Source of the DNA: Octopus vulgaris
Lineage: Eukaryota
Length of the DNA stretch: 64,000 bases
Assembly (NCBI GenBank): GCA_951406725.2
Contig: OX597834.1
Location: forward strand, 34,038,001-34,102,000
Direction of reading: 5' to 3'
Both the position numbers and the translations under genes were made by a program. Of the stretch, positions 24,071 to 37,499 are shown piece after piece (the stretch's first letter is position 1; each line of letters starts with the position of its first letter). Below the pieces are notes generated by a model. The model saw only the letters and a program-made list of their open reading frames with translations, searched no databases and had not been told where the DNA came from.

Positions 24071-24462
24071 AATATAACAGTAATGAACAACCCTAACAGA
24101 CCAAACACAACAAGAAGAATTCCTGCTTATCTCAATGCTTCTGAAATGCCCCAAAGCTAAACAATGATGACATTTTTTTCAGGTTTCAAATTGTTAATTA
24201 TTAAGCTTTTGTTGCTTTTGCGCTAATTACAATCTTTTTGACATTTCTTCTTAATACAATTTCTTTAGTTTTATTAAATAGTTAAAAGCTATTTTATAAT
24301 TGTCTTATTTCATTATGTTAATTACTAAGAGTAGAATTATGAGTTGACAAGAATCTCATGCTCAGGTGTGTGTCAGCCTTTTGTAGATAACTTAAAAACC
24401 ATTTATTGTGTAAGGTGGATAAAGCAACCTGGTTAGTCCACAGCTCCAGACATAGAAGATAT

Positions 24463-24684
24463 ACTCTTTTACTCTTTTATTTGTTTCAGTCATTTGACTG
24501 TGGCCATGCTGGAGCACCGCCTTTAGTCGAGCAAATCAACCCCAGGACTTATTCTTTGTAAGCCTAGTACTTATTCTATCAGTCTCTTTTGCCAAACCGC
24601 TACATTACGGGGACGTAAACACACCAGCATCAGTTGTCAAGTGATTTGGTGGGGGGGGAGACAAACACAGACACACAAACATAT

Positions 24685-24722
<38 letters not shown>

Positions 24723-24885
24723 GAAGGGCTTCTTTCAGTTTCCATCTACCAAATCCACTCACAAGGCTTTGGTCGGCCCGAGGCTATAGTAAAAGACACT
24801 TGTCCAAGGTGTCACGCAGTGGGACTGAATCCAGAACCATGTGGTTCGTAAGCACGCTACTTACCACACAGCCACTCCAACGCCT
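24463..24885 (-). mobile_element. SINE family B, full-length
   Basis: Colinear reverse complement of 19347-19747. Confidence 0.9.
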
Positions 24886-25004
24886 ATATGTCTAAGGCTG
24901 AAAATGGATTAACGTCCAAAACATCAAGAGACTCCAAACTCATTTCAAACATTAAACTATAACCATATTCATCATACTTTTGCTTTTTGACATATATATA
25001 TATA

Positions 25005-25165
25005 TATCATCCTCATCATCGTTTAACGTCCACTTTTCATGCTGGCATAGGTTGGACGATTTGACGGAAGTCTGGCGAACCAGATGGCTACACCAGGCTC
25101 CAATCTGATCTGGCAGAGTTTCTACAGCTGGATGCCCTTCTTGAAGCGAACCACTCCGAGAGTGG
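25005..25165 (-). mobile_element. Family C, 3' part
   Basis: CATCGTTTAACGTCCACTTTTCATGCTGGCAT...CCACTCCGAGAGTG. Confidence 0.82.
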
Positions 25166-25801
25166 GGGGGGGGGTGTACACAAACACACACATTTGATTT
25201 TACAAACAAGAAAAATGTTACTCAATACATGCAGCAGAGTATATTCATTCATTTGAAACAGCAACCTAAAACTGTTACTCCTCTGGTATTTGATGGGAAA
25301 ACACAGGAATACAAACTCAGAGTAGTGATGGAGGGAAAGAAACCATAACTTTATGAATGAATAAATATATTTATATCATATTTCATGCAGAGTTTTCTTT
25401 ACAATCTCAATGTATTCCCAGATTTGTGTCTCTCTTTTGAATGTCTTTAATCTGTCGCTCTCCCGGCAAATAAAGCAAGTTCCATAAATATGACATGTAA
25501 AAGGAAACCATTTTATTTTTATTCCTTTCTGAAGAATTATTTATGTAATTAAAACTTATTTTTCGATTCATACTCAATGAAACATATTTCCAATATCATA
25601 TTTCACTTAACGAAATACATTTCCAATACAGAATTCCACTTAATGAAACATAGTTCCCCATACAGAAATATGAAAGATCAAACAGGCAGCAGATTATTAG
25701 AGGGAATTCTGATTATTGGGAGAAGATATTATTTTAAAAACACTGAATAGAAAATAACAACAACAACAACGATTATTATTAATTAAATAATAATGATGAT
25801 G

Positions 25802-25860
<59 letters not shown>

Positions 25861-25861
<1 letters not shown>

Positions 25862-26134
25862 GTTTCAAATTTTGGCACAAAGCCAATAACTTTAAGGGAA
25901 GGGAGTAAGTTGATTATAAGGAACCCAGTGCTCAACTGGTATTTATTTTATTGACCCCGAAAGGATGAAAGGCAAAGTCGACCTCGGTGGCATTTGAACT
26001 CAGAACACCAAGATGGAAGAAATGTCGCTAAGCATTTTTTCCCAGTGTGCTAAAGATACTGCCAGCTTGCAGACTTAACAACAACAACAATAATAAAAAT
26101 AACAATAACAACAACAATAATAATAATAATAATG

Positions 26135-26175
<41 letters not shown>

Positions 26176-26635
26176 AAGCTTTTCTACTACAGGCATAAGG
26201 CCTGAAATTTGGGAGAGGGAGATAGTTGATTATATCAACCCCAGCACATAACTGGTACTTATTTCATTGACTCTGAAAGGATGAAAGATAAAGTCGACCT
26301 CAACAGAATTTGAACTTAGAATGTAGCAGCAGATGAAATACCACTAAGCATTCACTTGGTGTGCTAACGATTCTGCCAACTCACTGCCTCACTAATAATA
26401 ATATTAATAATAATAATAATAATAATCTTTTCTAATATAAACACAAGGTCTGAAATTTGAGGGGAGGGGGATAGTCAATTACATTGACCCCGGTGTTTCA
26501 CTGGTACTTAATTTATCAACCCTGAAAGGATGAAAGGCAAAGTTGACCTCGGCAGAATTTGAACCCAGAACGTAGAGACAGATAGGATGCTGCTATGCAT
26601 TTCGCCCAGTGTGCTAACAACTCTGCCACCTCACC
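25861..26635 (-). mobile_element. Three tandem family A SINEs separated by (AAT)n
   Basis: About 25861-26075, 26178-26390 and 26426-26635. Confidence 0.88.
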
Positions 26636-26646
26636 ACATTTTTCAC

Positions 26647-26689
<43 letters not shown>

Positions 26690-27441
26690 TTTTGTTTTGT
26701 TTTTGCCACAAGGTAAATGAATGAACAGCATTATGAAGACTTGTTGCAAAAACAAGCGGTGGGAGAGTGTGACAGCTAATGAAAAGGATAAAAACACCAA
26801 AATATGATATAGCAAATCTGAATATGAGCTAAAACAAGATGAAGAAGCGGGAGTTGTGGCGGCAGCGGTGGTGAAGACAACAATGTAATAGAAACAGCAA
26901 TGGCAGAGGTAGATGATGATGATGATGGTGATGGTGGTGGTGGTGGTGATGTGTTTTGCAGAGAGTGTTCAACAATCTCCAATTGGTGCTTATGAAAAAT
27001 TCTCGTGAAAATATTACAACGAGTGCATATATATATACAAGTGTGTGTGTGTGTGTGTGTGTCTTTGTATGTATGTGTGTGTGTGTGTGTAAATCTTCTG
27101 CTATCGATTCCATTAGAATTTGGGAGAAAAGTAATATTCCATCTAAGACACAAAAGAATAGTCTAAATTAACAAATTATATTCAAAGATAGAAGATTATA
27201 CAACAAGCACACACACACACACAATCACACACATACATACATTATACTTGCATACACACTCACCTGTATGTGTGTGTGTGTGTGTGTGTGTACAAACAGT
27301 CAAACATATACATGCACAAAAAGATGTACACATGTACATACACACATATATATATACATGTACACATATATATTATACATGCAGACACCTGCATGCATGT
27401 GTTTGTGCATATGCATGGATATGTGTCTGTGTATATATGTA

Positions 27442-27490
<49 letters not shown>

Positions 27491-27493
<3 letters not shown>

Positions 27494-27640
27494 AGTGGCT
27501 GTGTGGTAAGAAGCTTGCTTCCCAACCACATAGTTCTAGGTTCAGTCCCACTGCGTGGCACCCCGGGCAAGTGTCTTATGCTATAACCTCAGGCTGACCA
27601 AAGCTTTGTGAGTGGAAACTGCAAGAAGCCTGTTGTATTT
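27491..27640 (+). mobile_element. SINE family B, 5' part
   Basis: AGGAGTGGCTGTGTGGTAAGAAGC...GTTCAGTCCC. Confidence 0.8.
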
Positions 27641-27677
27641 ATGTGCGGACATGCCTGCACGCAAAGACTATCTCAAC

Positions 27678-27830
27678 TTTACTTAGCTTGATGTGTCTTC
27701 TCAAGCACAGCAAACAGCCAGGAGTTTCAGTTCCCTGTCATCCCATCTGTGAAGCCCAACATCTGATGATCCTTTCTCAACACTTCATCCCATGTCTTCC
27801 TGGGTCTATCCTTTCTGCAAGTTCCCTCCA
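27678..27830 (-). pseudogene. RTE LINE ORF C-terminus
   Basis: VEGTCRKDRPRKTWDEVLRKD...WLFAVLEKTHQAK*, matching the GRPxKTW-type RTE end. Confidence 0.8.
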
Positions 27831-27879
27831 CACATACACACACACATACACATATATAAATAATATATATTCTTTCTTT

Positions 27880-28078
27880 TTTCTTTTACTTGTTTCAGCT
27901 TTTACTTGCTGGAGCACCGCCTTTGGTCGAGCAAGTCAACCCCAGGACTTATTCTTTGTAAGCCTAGTACTTATTCTATCGGTCTCTTTGCTAAACCACT
28001 AAGTTACGGGGACGTAAACACACCAGCATCGGTTGTCAAGTGATGCTAGGACACACACAAACATACACACACACACAA

Positions 28079-28147
<69 letters not shown>

Positions 28148-28245
28148 CACGATGGGCTTCTTTCTGTTTCTGTCTACCAAATCCACTCACAAGACTTTGG
28201 TCGGCCCGAGGCTCTAGTGGAAGAAGACACTTGCCCAAGGTGCCA
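27880..28245 (-). mobile_element. SINE family B, head truncated
   Basis: Reverse complement of the family B body and tail with internal (CA)n. Confidence 0.85.
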
Positions 28246-28365
28246 TTTGAGAAGACCCATCAAGCCAAGTGAAATCATAGTCATAGCTGATGCTGATGTC
28301 ACATAACTGGCACCTGTGCCAGTGGAATGTAAAAAGCACCTTTCTAGCATTGGACCTCATGGAGG
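28246..28365 (+). mobile_element. RTE ORF end plus start of 3' UTR
   Basis: EKTHQAK* as at 27678, followed by GGCACCTGTGCCAGTGGAATGTAAAAAGCACC. Confidence 0.65.
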
Positions 28366-29268
28366 CAAACGAAATGCTGCTAAGCATTTTTGCCCAGCAT
28401 GCTAACGATTCTGCCAGCTTGCTGCCTTGAAATAATAATAATAATAATAATAATATAAATATATAACACACACACACACAAACATGCACAAATACACACA
28501 CACACACATGCACATCCACACAAATATACACACAAATATAAAATGTACACATTTGGTGTAAAGTACGCCTAAACCCACAAATATATAAACACAAAGATGC
28601 ACATGCATGCATGTACATGCACATACAGACACAGGCACACAGACATATGCACACTTGCACACACTCGCATGCACACATACACGCATGCACACATACACAC
28701 AGAAGCATAAAATGCAAACATTTGACTAAAACACACTCAAACACTAATAGTCATATAAACACACTCAGTAATGCACACACATTCAATTATACACATACAT
28801 ACACATATATGCATGTACACAAATACACACACACATATATACACATACACATATGCATTCACACAAATATAGCACTACAAACATCGATAATCCAATACCC
28901 TTAAATTAAAAACATCACCACCAAGAACAACAACAACAATATGGAAATCACTATTGTTGTATGAAATACTTGAAAACTGAAGGAGTGTGGGGAGGGCAAC
29001 AAAACAAACAAAAAAAAAACAAAAAAAGTAGAACGGAATTGACAATGGGGTGGCAATGGGGTGGATGTAATGGATGGGTTTGCATCATCAGGTTAGTGGA
29101 AGGATGACCAAACAATGAATTCTGGAGATCTATTGAAATTTGGCTGCAGAGGAAGGAAACAAATAAACAATATAAATAAATAAATAAATAAATAAATAAA
29201 GACAAATAAATAAACAACAGGGCAAAAATATACAAATAAACTATTAAATGAATAAACAAAAACATATA

Positions 29269-29306
<38 letters not shown>

Positions 29307-30034
29307 TAAAAATATATATAGGAATAAACAAATATATATATATAGAAACAGATAAATAAATAACAGAAGAAAAAATAAAGAAAAATCAAAGAAAAAGATG
29401 AAATGAAACAAATAGATTTTTTTTTTTTTTCAGAAAAAAAAAAGAGATAAAAAAATTGGTTTCAAAAATAAATGAAAAAAAAAAGATTCTAAAAAGATAA
29501 ATAGAATTTTATTTTTTGTTGCTTTTTTTTTTAAATTGAAGGGGAAGATTCGAAAGAGTAAGGACAGAATGGTTTAAAAAGATTTAAAAAAAAGGGGGTT
29601 AAAAGAAAAAGAAAAAAAAAAAAAGTAATATGAATAAAACCATTATGACCATAGCCCCCCCCCCTCCAGTGGCAGGAAGGGGGTGGGGTGTAAAAAATAT
29701 TTTAAGTAAAAGAGGAGAAAGAATATTTGGGTTTGGAATTTTTCCAGCACTTTCTACACACAAACATCATGTCTTTCGGGGGTTTTCAATTTTAGCAGAT
29801 GGAGGGAGGGAGGAAGGGAGGAGGAAAAGGAAGAAAGAAGAAGAAAAAGGGAGAGGAGGGGGAGAGAAAAATGAGGAAGGATGAAGAAAGAAGGAGGAGA
29901 TCAATGACAACAACAACAAAGAATGAAGAAAGAAGATGAGGAAGAAGAACAAAGAATGAACAAGAATGAAAATGAAGAAAGATGATGATGATGATGATAA
30001 TGAAGAAAGAAGAATAGCAACAACTAAAATATTT

Positions 30035-30261
30035 ATTTCTTTATTGCCCACAGGGGGTGGGGGGTTACAACATAAAAGGGACAAACAAGGACAAAGGGAT
30101 TAAGTTGATTACATTGACCCCAGTGTATAACTGGTACTTGTTTAATCAACCCTGAATGGATGAAAGGCAAAGTCGACCTCAGCGGAATTTGAACTCAGAA
30201 CGTAACGGCAGACAAAATACCGCTAAGCATTTCACCTGGCGTGCTAATGCTTCTGCCAGCT
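30035..30261 (-). mobile_element. SINE family A, young-tail subfamily
   Basis: Tail related to 1376-1606 and 15058-15277. Confidence 0.85.
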
Positions 30262-30296
30262 ATTATATTATAAGAACAAGCAAAATGATAAATTTT

Positions 30297-30570
30297 GGGT
30301 TCAATCCCATTGCAAGGCACCTTCTACTATAGCCTCAGGCTGATGAAAGCCTTGTGGCTAGATTTGGTAGACGGAAACTGAAAGAAGCCCGTCGTATATA
30401 TATATATGTATATATATGTATATATATGCATATGGGTGCTTGTTAATTGTGTCTGTGTTTGTCCCCCCACTATCAGTTGACAACCGATGTTGGCGTGTTT
30501 ACATCCCCGTCACTTAGCGGTTCGGCAAGAGCCCAATAGAATAAGTACTAGGCTTACAAAGAATAAGTCT
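30297..30570 (+). mobile_element. SINE family B, internal part
   Basis: GATTTGGTAGACGGAAACTGAAAGAAGCCCGTCG...CTAGGCTTACAAAGAATAAGTC. Confidence 0.82.
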
Positions 30571-30661
30571 CAGCACTACAAGATAATAAATGATTAGTTG
30601 AAAACAAGGCAAATGCTAAAGAGTTAAGGGGTCATTAAAATAGGTTCCATTTCGGCACTGG

Positions 30662-31128
30662 GTCAATGGAATTGACTTGCCCCTCCCTTCAAAATTACTG
30701 ACTTTGAACTAAAATTAAGAAAGAAAGACAAAATATTACTGGTACTTAATTTTACCAGCTCCAGAGAGATGCACAGCAATAACGACCCTGGCATAATTTG
30801 ACCCCATGAATTGAATTTAGAAAAAGGATCAAACTTAGAAGTATGGTCAAAATGGTCAGTGACATTTCTTTTGGCTCTTCATGGCGTAAGTTCAAACTCT
30901 GCCCATCACCCTTTAAGGGATAGTTAAAACAGGTAGCAGTTGTGTCGATGGAATTGACTTGCCCCTCCCCTCAAAACTACTGGCTTTGAATTAAAATTAA
31001 GAAAGGAAAATAAAATATTACTGGTGTTGAATTTTTTCCAGCTGCAGAGAGATGAATAGCAATAGCGACCCTGGAATAATTTGACCACATGAACTGAATT
31101 TCAAAAAGGATCGAAGATAGAAGTATGG
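30662..31128 (+). repeat. Diverged direct duplication of about 185 bp
   Basis: 30662-30847 is colinear with 30944-31128. Confidence 0.85.
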
Positions 31129-31349
31129 TTTTTAACGAGTGAATGATAACAAACATTGGATTTTAAAATCAACAATTTCATTTTATCCCATTAAGATTTT
31201 AAATCGATCACAATGGACTAATGCAGAACAAAGGGAAAAAGTCCATTTCAAAAGTATTGGAAAGCAAGAATTGAGATTATAATTTAATGTTTCCAAACGA
31301 ATTAATAAAATCTGGAAAATTCTCAAACAACATGAAATTAATGTGTTTG

Positions 31350-31510
31350 CAGACATGGCTGTGTGGTGAAGAAGCTTGCTTCCCAACCATATAGTTTGGG
31401 GGTTCAGTCCCACTACACAGCACCTTGGGCAAATGCCTTCTACTAAAGCCTGGGTCAACCAAAAGCCTTATCAGTGAAATTGGTAGAGAGAACCCAAAAG
31501 AAGCGCATTA
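31350..31510 (+). mobile_element. SINE family B, 5' part
   Basis: Head and CORE-like segment. Confidence 0.78.
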
Positions 31511-31878
31511 TAAAGATAGATAGACAGCTAAGATAGATATACATCCATCTATACATACATATATATATGAGAGGTATTGGTATCCAGAAGACCCAAGATG
31601 GTAGGTGAGGTTATGTAAGTGCTATACACACACATATACATATAAATATATATAAATACATACTTACATGCACATATATACATACACACACACACACACA
31701 CACACGATTATCAGTTAGTTGGTTGTAAAAAAAAAACTGAGCAGTATATTCTTGGTAACTGCACACAGTTGGTCAGAACATTACCACCATTTTCGCACTG
31801 ACTATTTTTTCATGATTATGTAGAAGCACACAGCCAGAGAAACAGCTTTAAACACAAACCATGTCAACACCACATGTA

Positions 31879-31925
<47 letters not shown>

Positions 31926-32539
31926 GTTTGTGTTTTTGTGCCTCATGTGAAGGCACATGGCTTAGTGGTCAGTGAATATGTATTAGGCTAACTGACCAGC
32001 TGCTGATTAGAACCATCTCCCCTTAGTGTTGATTCTTAACTGCAGTTCTTTTAAAAACTGCCAAAAAATCTCACAAGAGAAGTTGCTGATTGGTTACTGA
32101 CCAGCCAGTTTATAGCCAATCAAAACAGAGTTCAAGCTACTTAGACGATTTCTGCTAAAGTGGTTCACATGATAGTAGAAAAGACAGTTTGGTTATGTCA
32201 CATAATAGGGTCTCCTTTGATGATGATGATGGCCATCACATATGCAAAATGTTCACTGATATGTCTAAACTGCATATTATATATAGAGTGAAGAGATGTC
32301 TAAATTTGGAAGTAGATATCACATGACAGCTGACACATGATTATAGTAATAAACAAGTAGTTATAGAAGTAGTTATTACAGAGTTATTTAGTTTGATGCC
32401 TTGTCATTTCTGCCAGTTGAACAACCTGAAGTACAAACGTTTTCTGCTATTGCAACCATTATGTTCTACTGTAGTGATGCACTTGGTCATACAAAAACAC
32501 ACTCTATGACAGACAAACACTAAATCACCAGGCTATACT

Positions 32540-33185
32540 GCACTGCCTTATTCTACATTGCATTCTATACTGTCATACACTAAACTGCATTCCCACAATG
32601 CACTACACTGCATTCCCATATAACACTACACTGTCCCACAACACACTTCACTGCATTCCCACAATGCAAAGTGCTGCATTCCCACAACACAAAACATTGC
32701 ATTTCCACAACACTATATTCCTCTGCACACAACACTTACACTACATTGCATTCCCACAACACACTATACTGTCTTACACTAAACTGCATTCCCACAATGC
32801 ACTACACTACATTCCCATATAACACTACACTGTCCCACAACACACTTCACTGCATTCCCACAATGCAAAGTGCTGCATTCCCACAACACCACACAACACT
32901 ATATTCCTCTGCACACAACACTTTCTTACACTACATTGCATTCCCACAACACACTATACTGTCTTACACTAAACTGCATTCCCACAATGCACTACACTGT
33001 CCTGCACTACGCTGCGTTCCCACATAATACTACATTGTCCCACAACACACTTCACTGCATTCCCACAACACCACACAACACTATATTCCTCTGCACACAA
33101 CGCTTTCTTACACTACATTGCATTCCCACAACATATTACAGTCCCACAACACACTGCATTCCCACAACACACTACACTGCAACAA
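32540..33185. repeat. Minisatellite with higher-order structure
   Basis: Monomer core ACTGCATTCCCACAA; block TATACTGTCWTACACTAAACTGCATTCCCACAATGC recurs at about 32566, 32765 and 32955. Confidence 0.9.
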
Positions 33186-33729
33186 AACAATTATCACAAC
33201 AATAATGTGGTGGCTGTTATTGTTGCAAACAACAGCAGCTTTGTCACTGCACCACAACACACACCACCATCACAATAACAATCACCCCTGCAACAACCAT
33301 TACCACTACCACCATAACAACCATTGCCACCACCACAACAACAACAAATACTACTTCTACAAATAGGACTATAACAACCATTAGCCCATCACCACCACCA
33401 CCACCACCAATAACAATAACCACTACACTACCACAGCCACAACAACAGAATTGCCATAAAACAATCGTAAAGGATTATATTGATCTGTGCTGTTGCTATA
33501 GATCAATGTATCAATCAATTTAAATAACAAATTGTATCCTTCTTCACAGACAGAGATAGACAGAGATTAAGAGGGGGAGGGAGGGGGAGAGTGAGTTATA
33601 GACAGAGGCAGAGGAAAGGAGGGTGTGTGGGAGAGAATGAGTAAGAGATGTATGTGGAGAGAATGAGTTATAGATAGAGACAGTGACATTCTGTTATAGA
33701 TAAAGAGAGAAACAGTAAGAGTTAAATAG

Positions 33730-33915
33730 ATTAGAGACTGAGATAGAAAGACAGAAAGAGAGAACGAAAGGAGAGAGAGAGAGAGAGAGAGAGAGAAAAG
33801 AAAAGAAAGGAGAGAGAGAGAGAGAAAAGAAAGGAGAGAGAGAGGGAAAGGAAAAGAGAGAGAGGGAAAGGAAAAGAGAGAGAGAGAGGGGGGGAAAGGA
33901 AAAGAGAGAGATATT
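33730..33915. repeat. (GA)-rich tract
   Basis: Direct inspection. Confidence 0.9.
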
Positions 33916-34176
33916 GAAAGAGCATTTGCACTGTTATAGAAATGTAATAAAACCGATCAAGGAAAAACCTCCGAGAAGATTATTTGGTCAGAGTGTGTGT
34001 GGGTGGGGGGGGCTGTAAGATAGCAGTTGAGAGGAATTGTAGGGTGGGTTATATTTGGGTAGGAGTAGGCTTAACATTGTTGTAAAGGCCCAGGTCAGAC
34101 TGCTGATCAAAAATGTTCCAGCCTTGACTATCATGTCTTCTTGTTTGGGAGGCATTTCATATCTAGGACAATACCG

Positions 34177-34395
34177 GTTTCAGATTTTGGAACAAGGCCA
34201 GCTGTTTCTTCAGGGAGGGGAGGGGCCAAGTCGATTGTATTGGCCCCAGTGTTCAATTAGTACTTACTTCATTGACCCTGAAAGGATGAAAGGTAAAGTT
34301 GACTTTGGTGGAATTTGAACTCAGAACATAAAGAGCTGGGAGAAATGTCGCTAAGCATTTTGTCAAAGCTGTTAATGATTCTTCCAGCTTGCCAC
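34177..34395 (-). mobile_element. SINE family A
   Basis: Core and head match; a further partial copy lies at about 34904-35005. Confidence 0.8.
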
Positions 34396-34563
34396 TAAAA
34401 TATAAATAATAATACTCCTGTGTTTTTCTCCGTCACAACATATGAAAGAGAAAGGAAGGGGTGATAGATGAATAAGGAAGGAAGGGGTGATGGCAAACTG
34501 GTAGTGGGGTGTTTCAACTCTGAGTATATGTGTGTGTATGTAAAAAGGAGGTATGTGAATGCT

Positions 34564-34599
<36 letters not shown>

Positions 34600-35257
34600 T
34601 GCGCGCAATGGGAAATTGGATGGTGAACATTCAACACTGAAAAGAAAACTCAAACAGCGTTTCAACTCTGTGTGAGTATATATGTGTATGTGTGCGTGCA
34701 CAAGAGAAGTATGTGAATATTTGTATGTGTGAGCTAGCATTTTTTCAGTAACAAACGATGACCAATGTCACATCACAAAAGACAAAAACTAGATAACATT
34801 GACAAGCGTATTAATTTGATTTACCATCCATATTTATATATAAAACACTACAATTAGCTGTTATTTTTTACGGCATGGGGCCAGCTAGTAATATAAATAA
34901 TAATGGTTTCAAATTTTGACACAAGGCCAGCAATTTCAAGGAAATGGGTAAGTAGAGGACAAAAGACAAAGTCAACCCCAGCAGAATTTGAACTCCGAGT
35001 ATAAACAGTCAGAAGAGTAATCCTGCAATTGACCAGCGTCCCATCCAAGAGGAAATATATGCACCATGGAAACTGAGAAACTGGCACTTGTATAAGGCTC
35101 AAGAAGGACCCCTTTATTCTGGATGCTAGTAATGTAGTGATTCTCAATATTTCAGTACCCTGAAGATCAAACAATTGTGGTACCCGGGAGATCAAATGAA
35201 AAATTACTTGTACACTTCATATGGAAGGTTACAATGAGAAAATATAAAAAGAAACTA

Positions 35258-35470
35258 CAGGCATAGCTGCGTGGTTAAGAAGCTCATCTTAACCATGTGG
35301 TTTCAAGTTCAAGCCCACTGCACAGCACCTTGGGCAAGGGCCTTCTCCTACAGCCCCAGGCCAACCAATGGACCATGAGTGGATTTGATTGATAGAAACT
35401 GTCCAGGAATTGAACTTATGATCAGTTGACCATGAATGCAACACCCTAACCACTAAGCCATGTACCCTCA
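35258..35470. mobile_element. Family B 5' part (+) abutting a family D head (-)
   Basis: 35258-35400 matches B; 35400-35470 is the reverse complement of the D head. Confidence 0.7.
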
Positions 35471-35477
35471 CAACAAA

Positions 35478-36026
35478 CATACATACACACATACATACAT
35501 ATTTAAACACACACACTTACATACAAGCATACATACACACATGTACACATATACACATATACACATGCCTACATGCACGCGGAAATAAACATAGATATAT
35601 GCTTGCATGCACACATAAATATATACACACACACGCTTACATGCACACATACATACATACATGTTGACATGCACGAATACAAACCTACATACATGCACGC
35701 ACACACATACTTACATGCACACATACATATATTCATACATGCATACATACATGTTGTATGTGTAATGACATGAATAATTGAATATCGAATGTAAGTGATA
35801 GCATAGAATAAATGTGGAGTAAGTGTGTGATATTATGATATCTGTGATTACTTTGAGTCAGCAGCAGTAATATGGAAGAAGATATATATACACAACACTT
35901 ATGTCATATCCATTATGTCTTGATAAACATTCAATTCTCATGCATTCACACACACACACACATATTTGTGCATATACATACACAAACATGCATGTAGGCA
36001 CATATATATATATACATACATACCAT

Positions 36027-36057
<31 letters not shown>

Positions 36058-36460
36058 CACATACATATATATAAATGCATATACATATATACATACATAC
36101 ATACACATACATATATATATCTATATATACATGCACATACATATATAAATGCATATGCATACATACATACATATATATGCATATACATACATACATACAT
36201 ACATATATACGCATATACATACATATGCATATACATACATACATATATATGCATATACATATGCATATACATACATATATATGCATATACATATACATAT
36301 GCATATACATACATATATATGCATATACATATATACATATATATATATATAATTTATGTATGTATATATATCAGATTTGAAAGATTATGTAGACATAATA
36401 GATTATAACATTACATATATATGTATATATATAAATATATGTATGTATATACACACACAC
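35478..36460. repeat. (CA/TA/CATA) microsatellite blocks
   Basis: Direct inspection. Confidence 0.9.
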
Positions 36461-37121
36461 CCAAAAGCAGTAAACATGTACTAACATATACACACACAAT
36501 TTTTTTCCCATTCAATTGTTGTAGCCTTCAGCATCAATTTTTACGAAATATCTGCAACAAAACAAGACAAAAAATAAACATATACCAAACAAAAAAAAAA
36601 GCCCTGCCAACTTTGTTTATCAGCAAATTCTAACAGAAGACTAAAATGAAAAAGCGAAAAGGAAAAAAAAAAAAAACCCATATTCATCCTCTTTCAAGTT
36701 CTTCCATATTCTTTCCAGTTCTTTTTCATATTTTTACCAAAATTTCCTCTATTACTTTTGATTTTTCGTTTCTCTTATAAACAATTATTAAAGATATAGT
36801 TTTTGGGAGAATGTGTTTTCTTTTTTTATTCTTTTTGTAAGAAATGGTGTCGATCAAGAACACAATGGATTGATGGGATGTTTCTTGTTTTCTTTGCTTT
36901 TAATCTCTGGAATTACATTACTATTCTTCGTACAAGTGCAAACATTGCTTTAATCTGATTGATTTTTAAGAATGAATAAATATTATCTATGGATTATTAT
37001 TATTATTATTTTCATTATTATTATGATTATTATTGTTATTATTATTATTATCATTATGATTATTATTGTTATTATTGTTATTATTATTATTGTTATTATT
37101 ATTATTATCATCATCATTATT

Positions 37122-37340
37122 AAGGTGGCAAGCTGTCAAAATTATTTGCACACCAAGCAAAATGCTTAGCAGTATTTCATGTGTCTTTATGTTCTGAGAT
37201 CAAATTCCACCAATGTCGATATTGCCTTTCATCCATTCAGGGTCGATAAAATAAGTACCAGTTGTGTAGTACTGGGGTCAATGTAATCAACTTTCTCCCC
37301 ACCCTTGAAATTGCTGGCCTTGTGTTTAAATTTGAAACTA
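37122..37340 (+). mobile_element. SINE family A flanked by (ATT)n on both sides
   Basis: Full head, core and tail. Confidence 0.85.
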
Positions 37341-37382
<42 letters not shown>

Positions 37383-37499
37383 CATCATTTTATCTCTGCT
37401 TTCCACATTGACAGGGGTTAAATGACTCAGAACCATTGCTTATTCAAAGTCACTGCCATTCAAGGACCATGTCTCACTCATATGTCTCATTCTGGCTTC

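Noticed and set aside
26685-26720. Plus-strand pyrimidine tract with AAG-GTAAAT
   Set aside because: TTTGCCACAAGG after (AAT)n matches a family A tail remnant.
27255-27270. Minus-strand CAG-GTGAGT
   Set aside because: Embedded in CA/TG repeats with no pyrimidine tract or plausible exon upstream.
32075-32125. Opposed CCAAT boxes as a promoter
   Set aside because: No other promoter evidence; could be chance or an old transposon remnant.
32540-33185. CRISPR-like repeat and spacer look
   Set aside because: Linkers are short, related to each other and duplicated in blocks; eukaryotic context; no cas genes.
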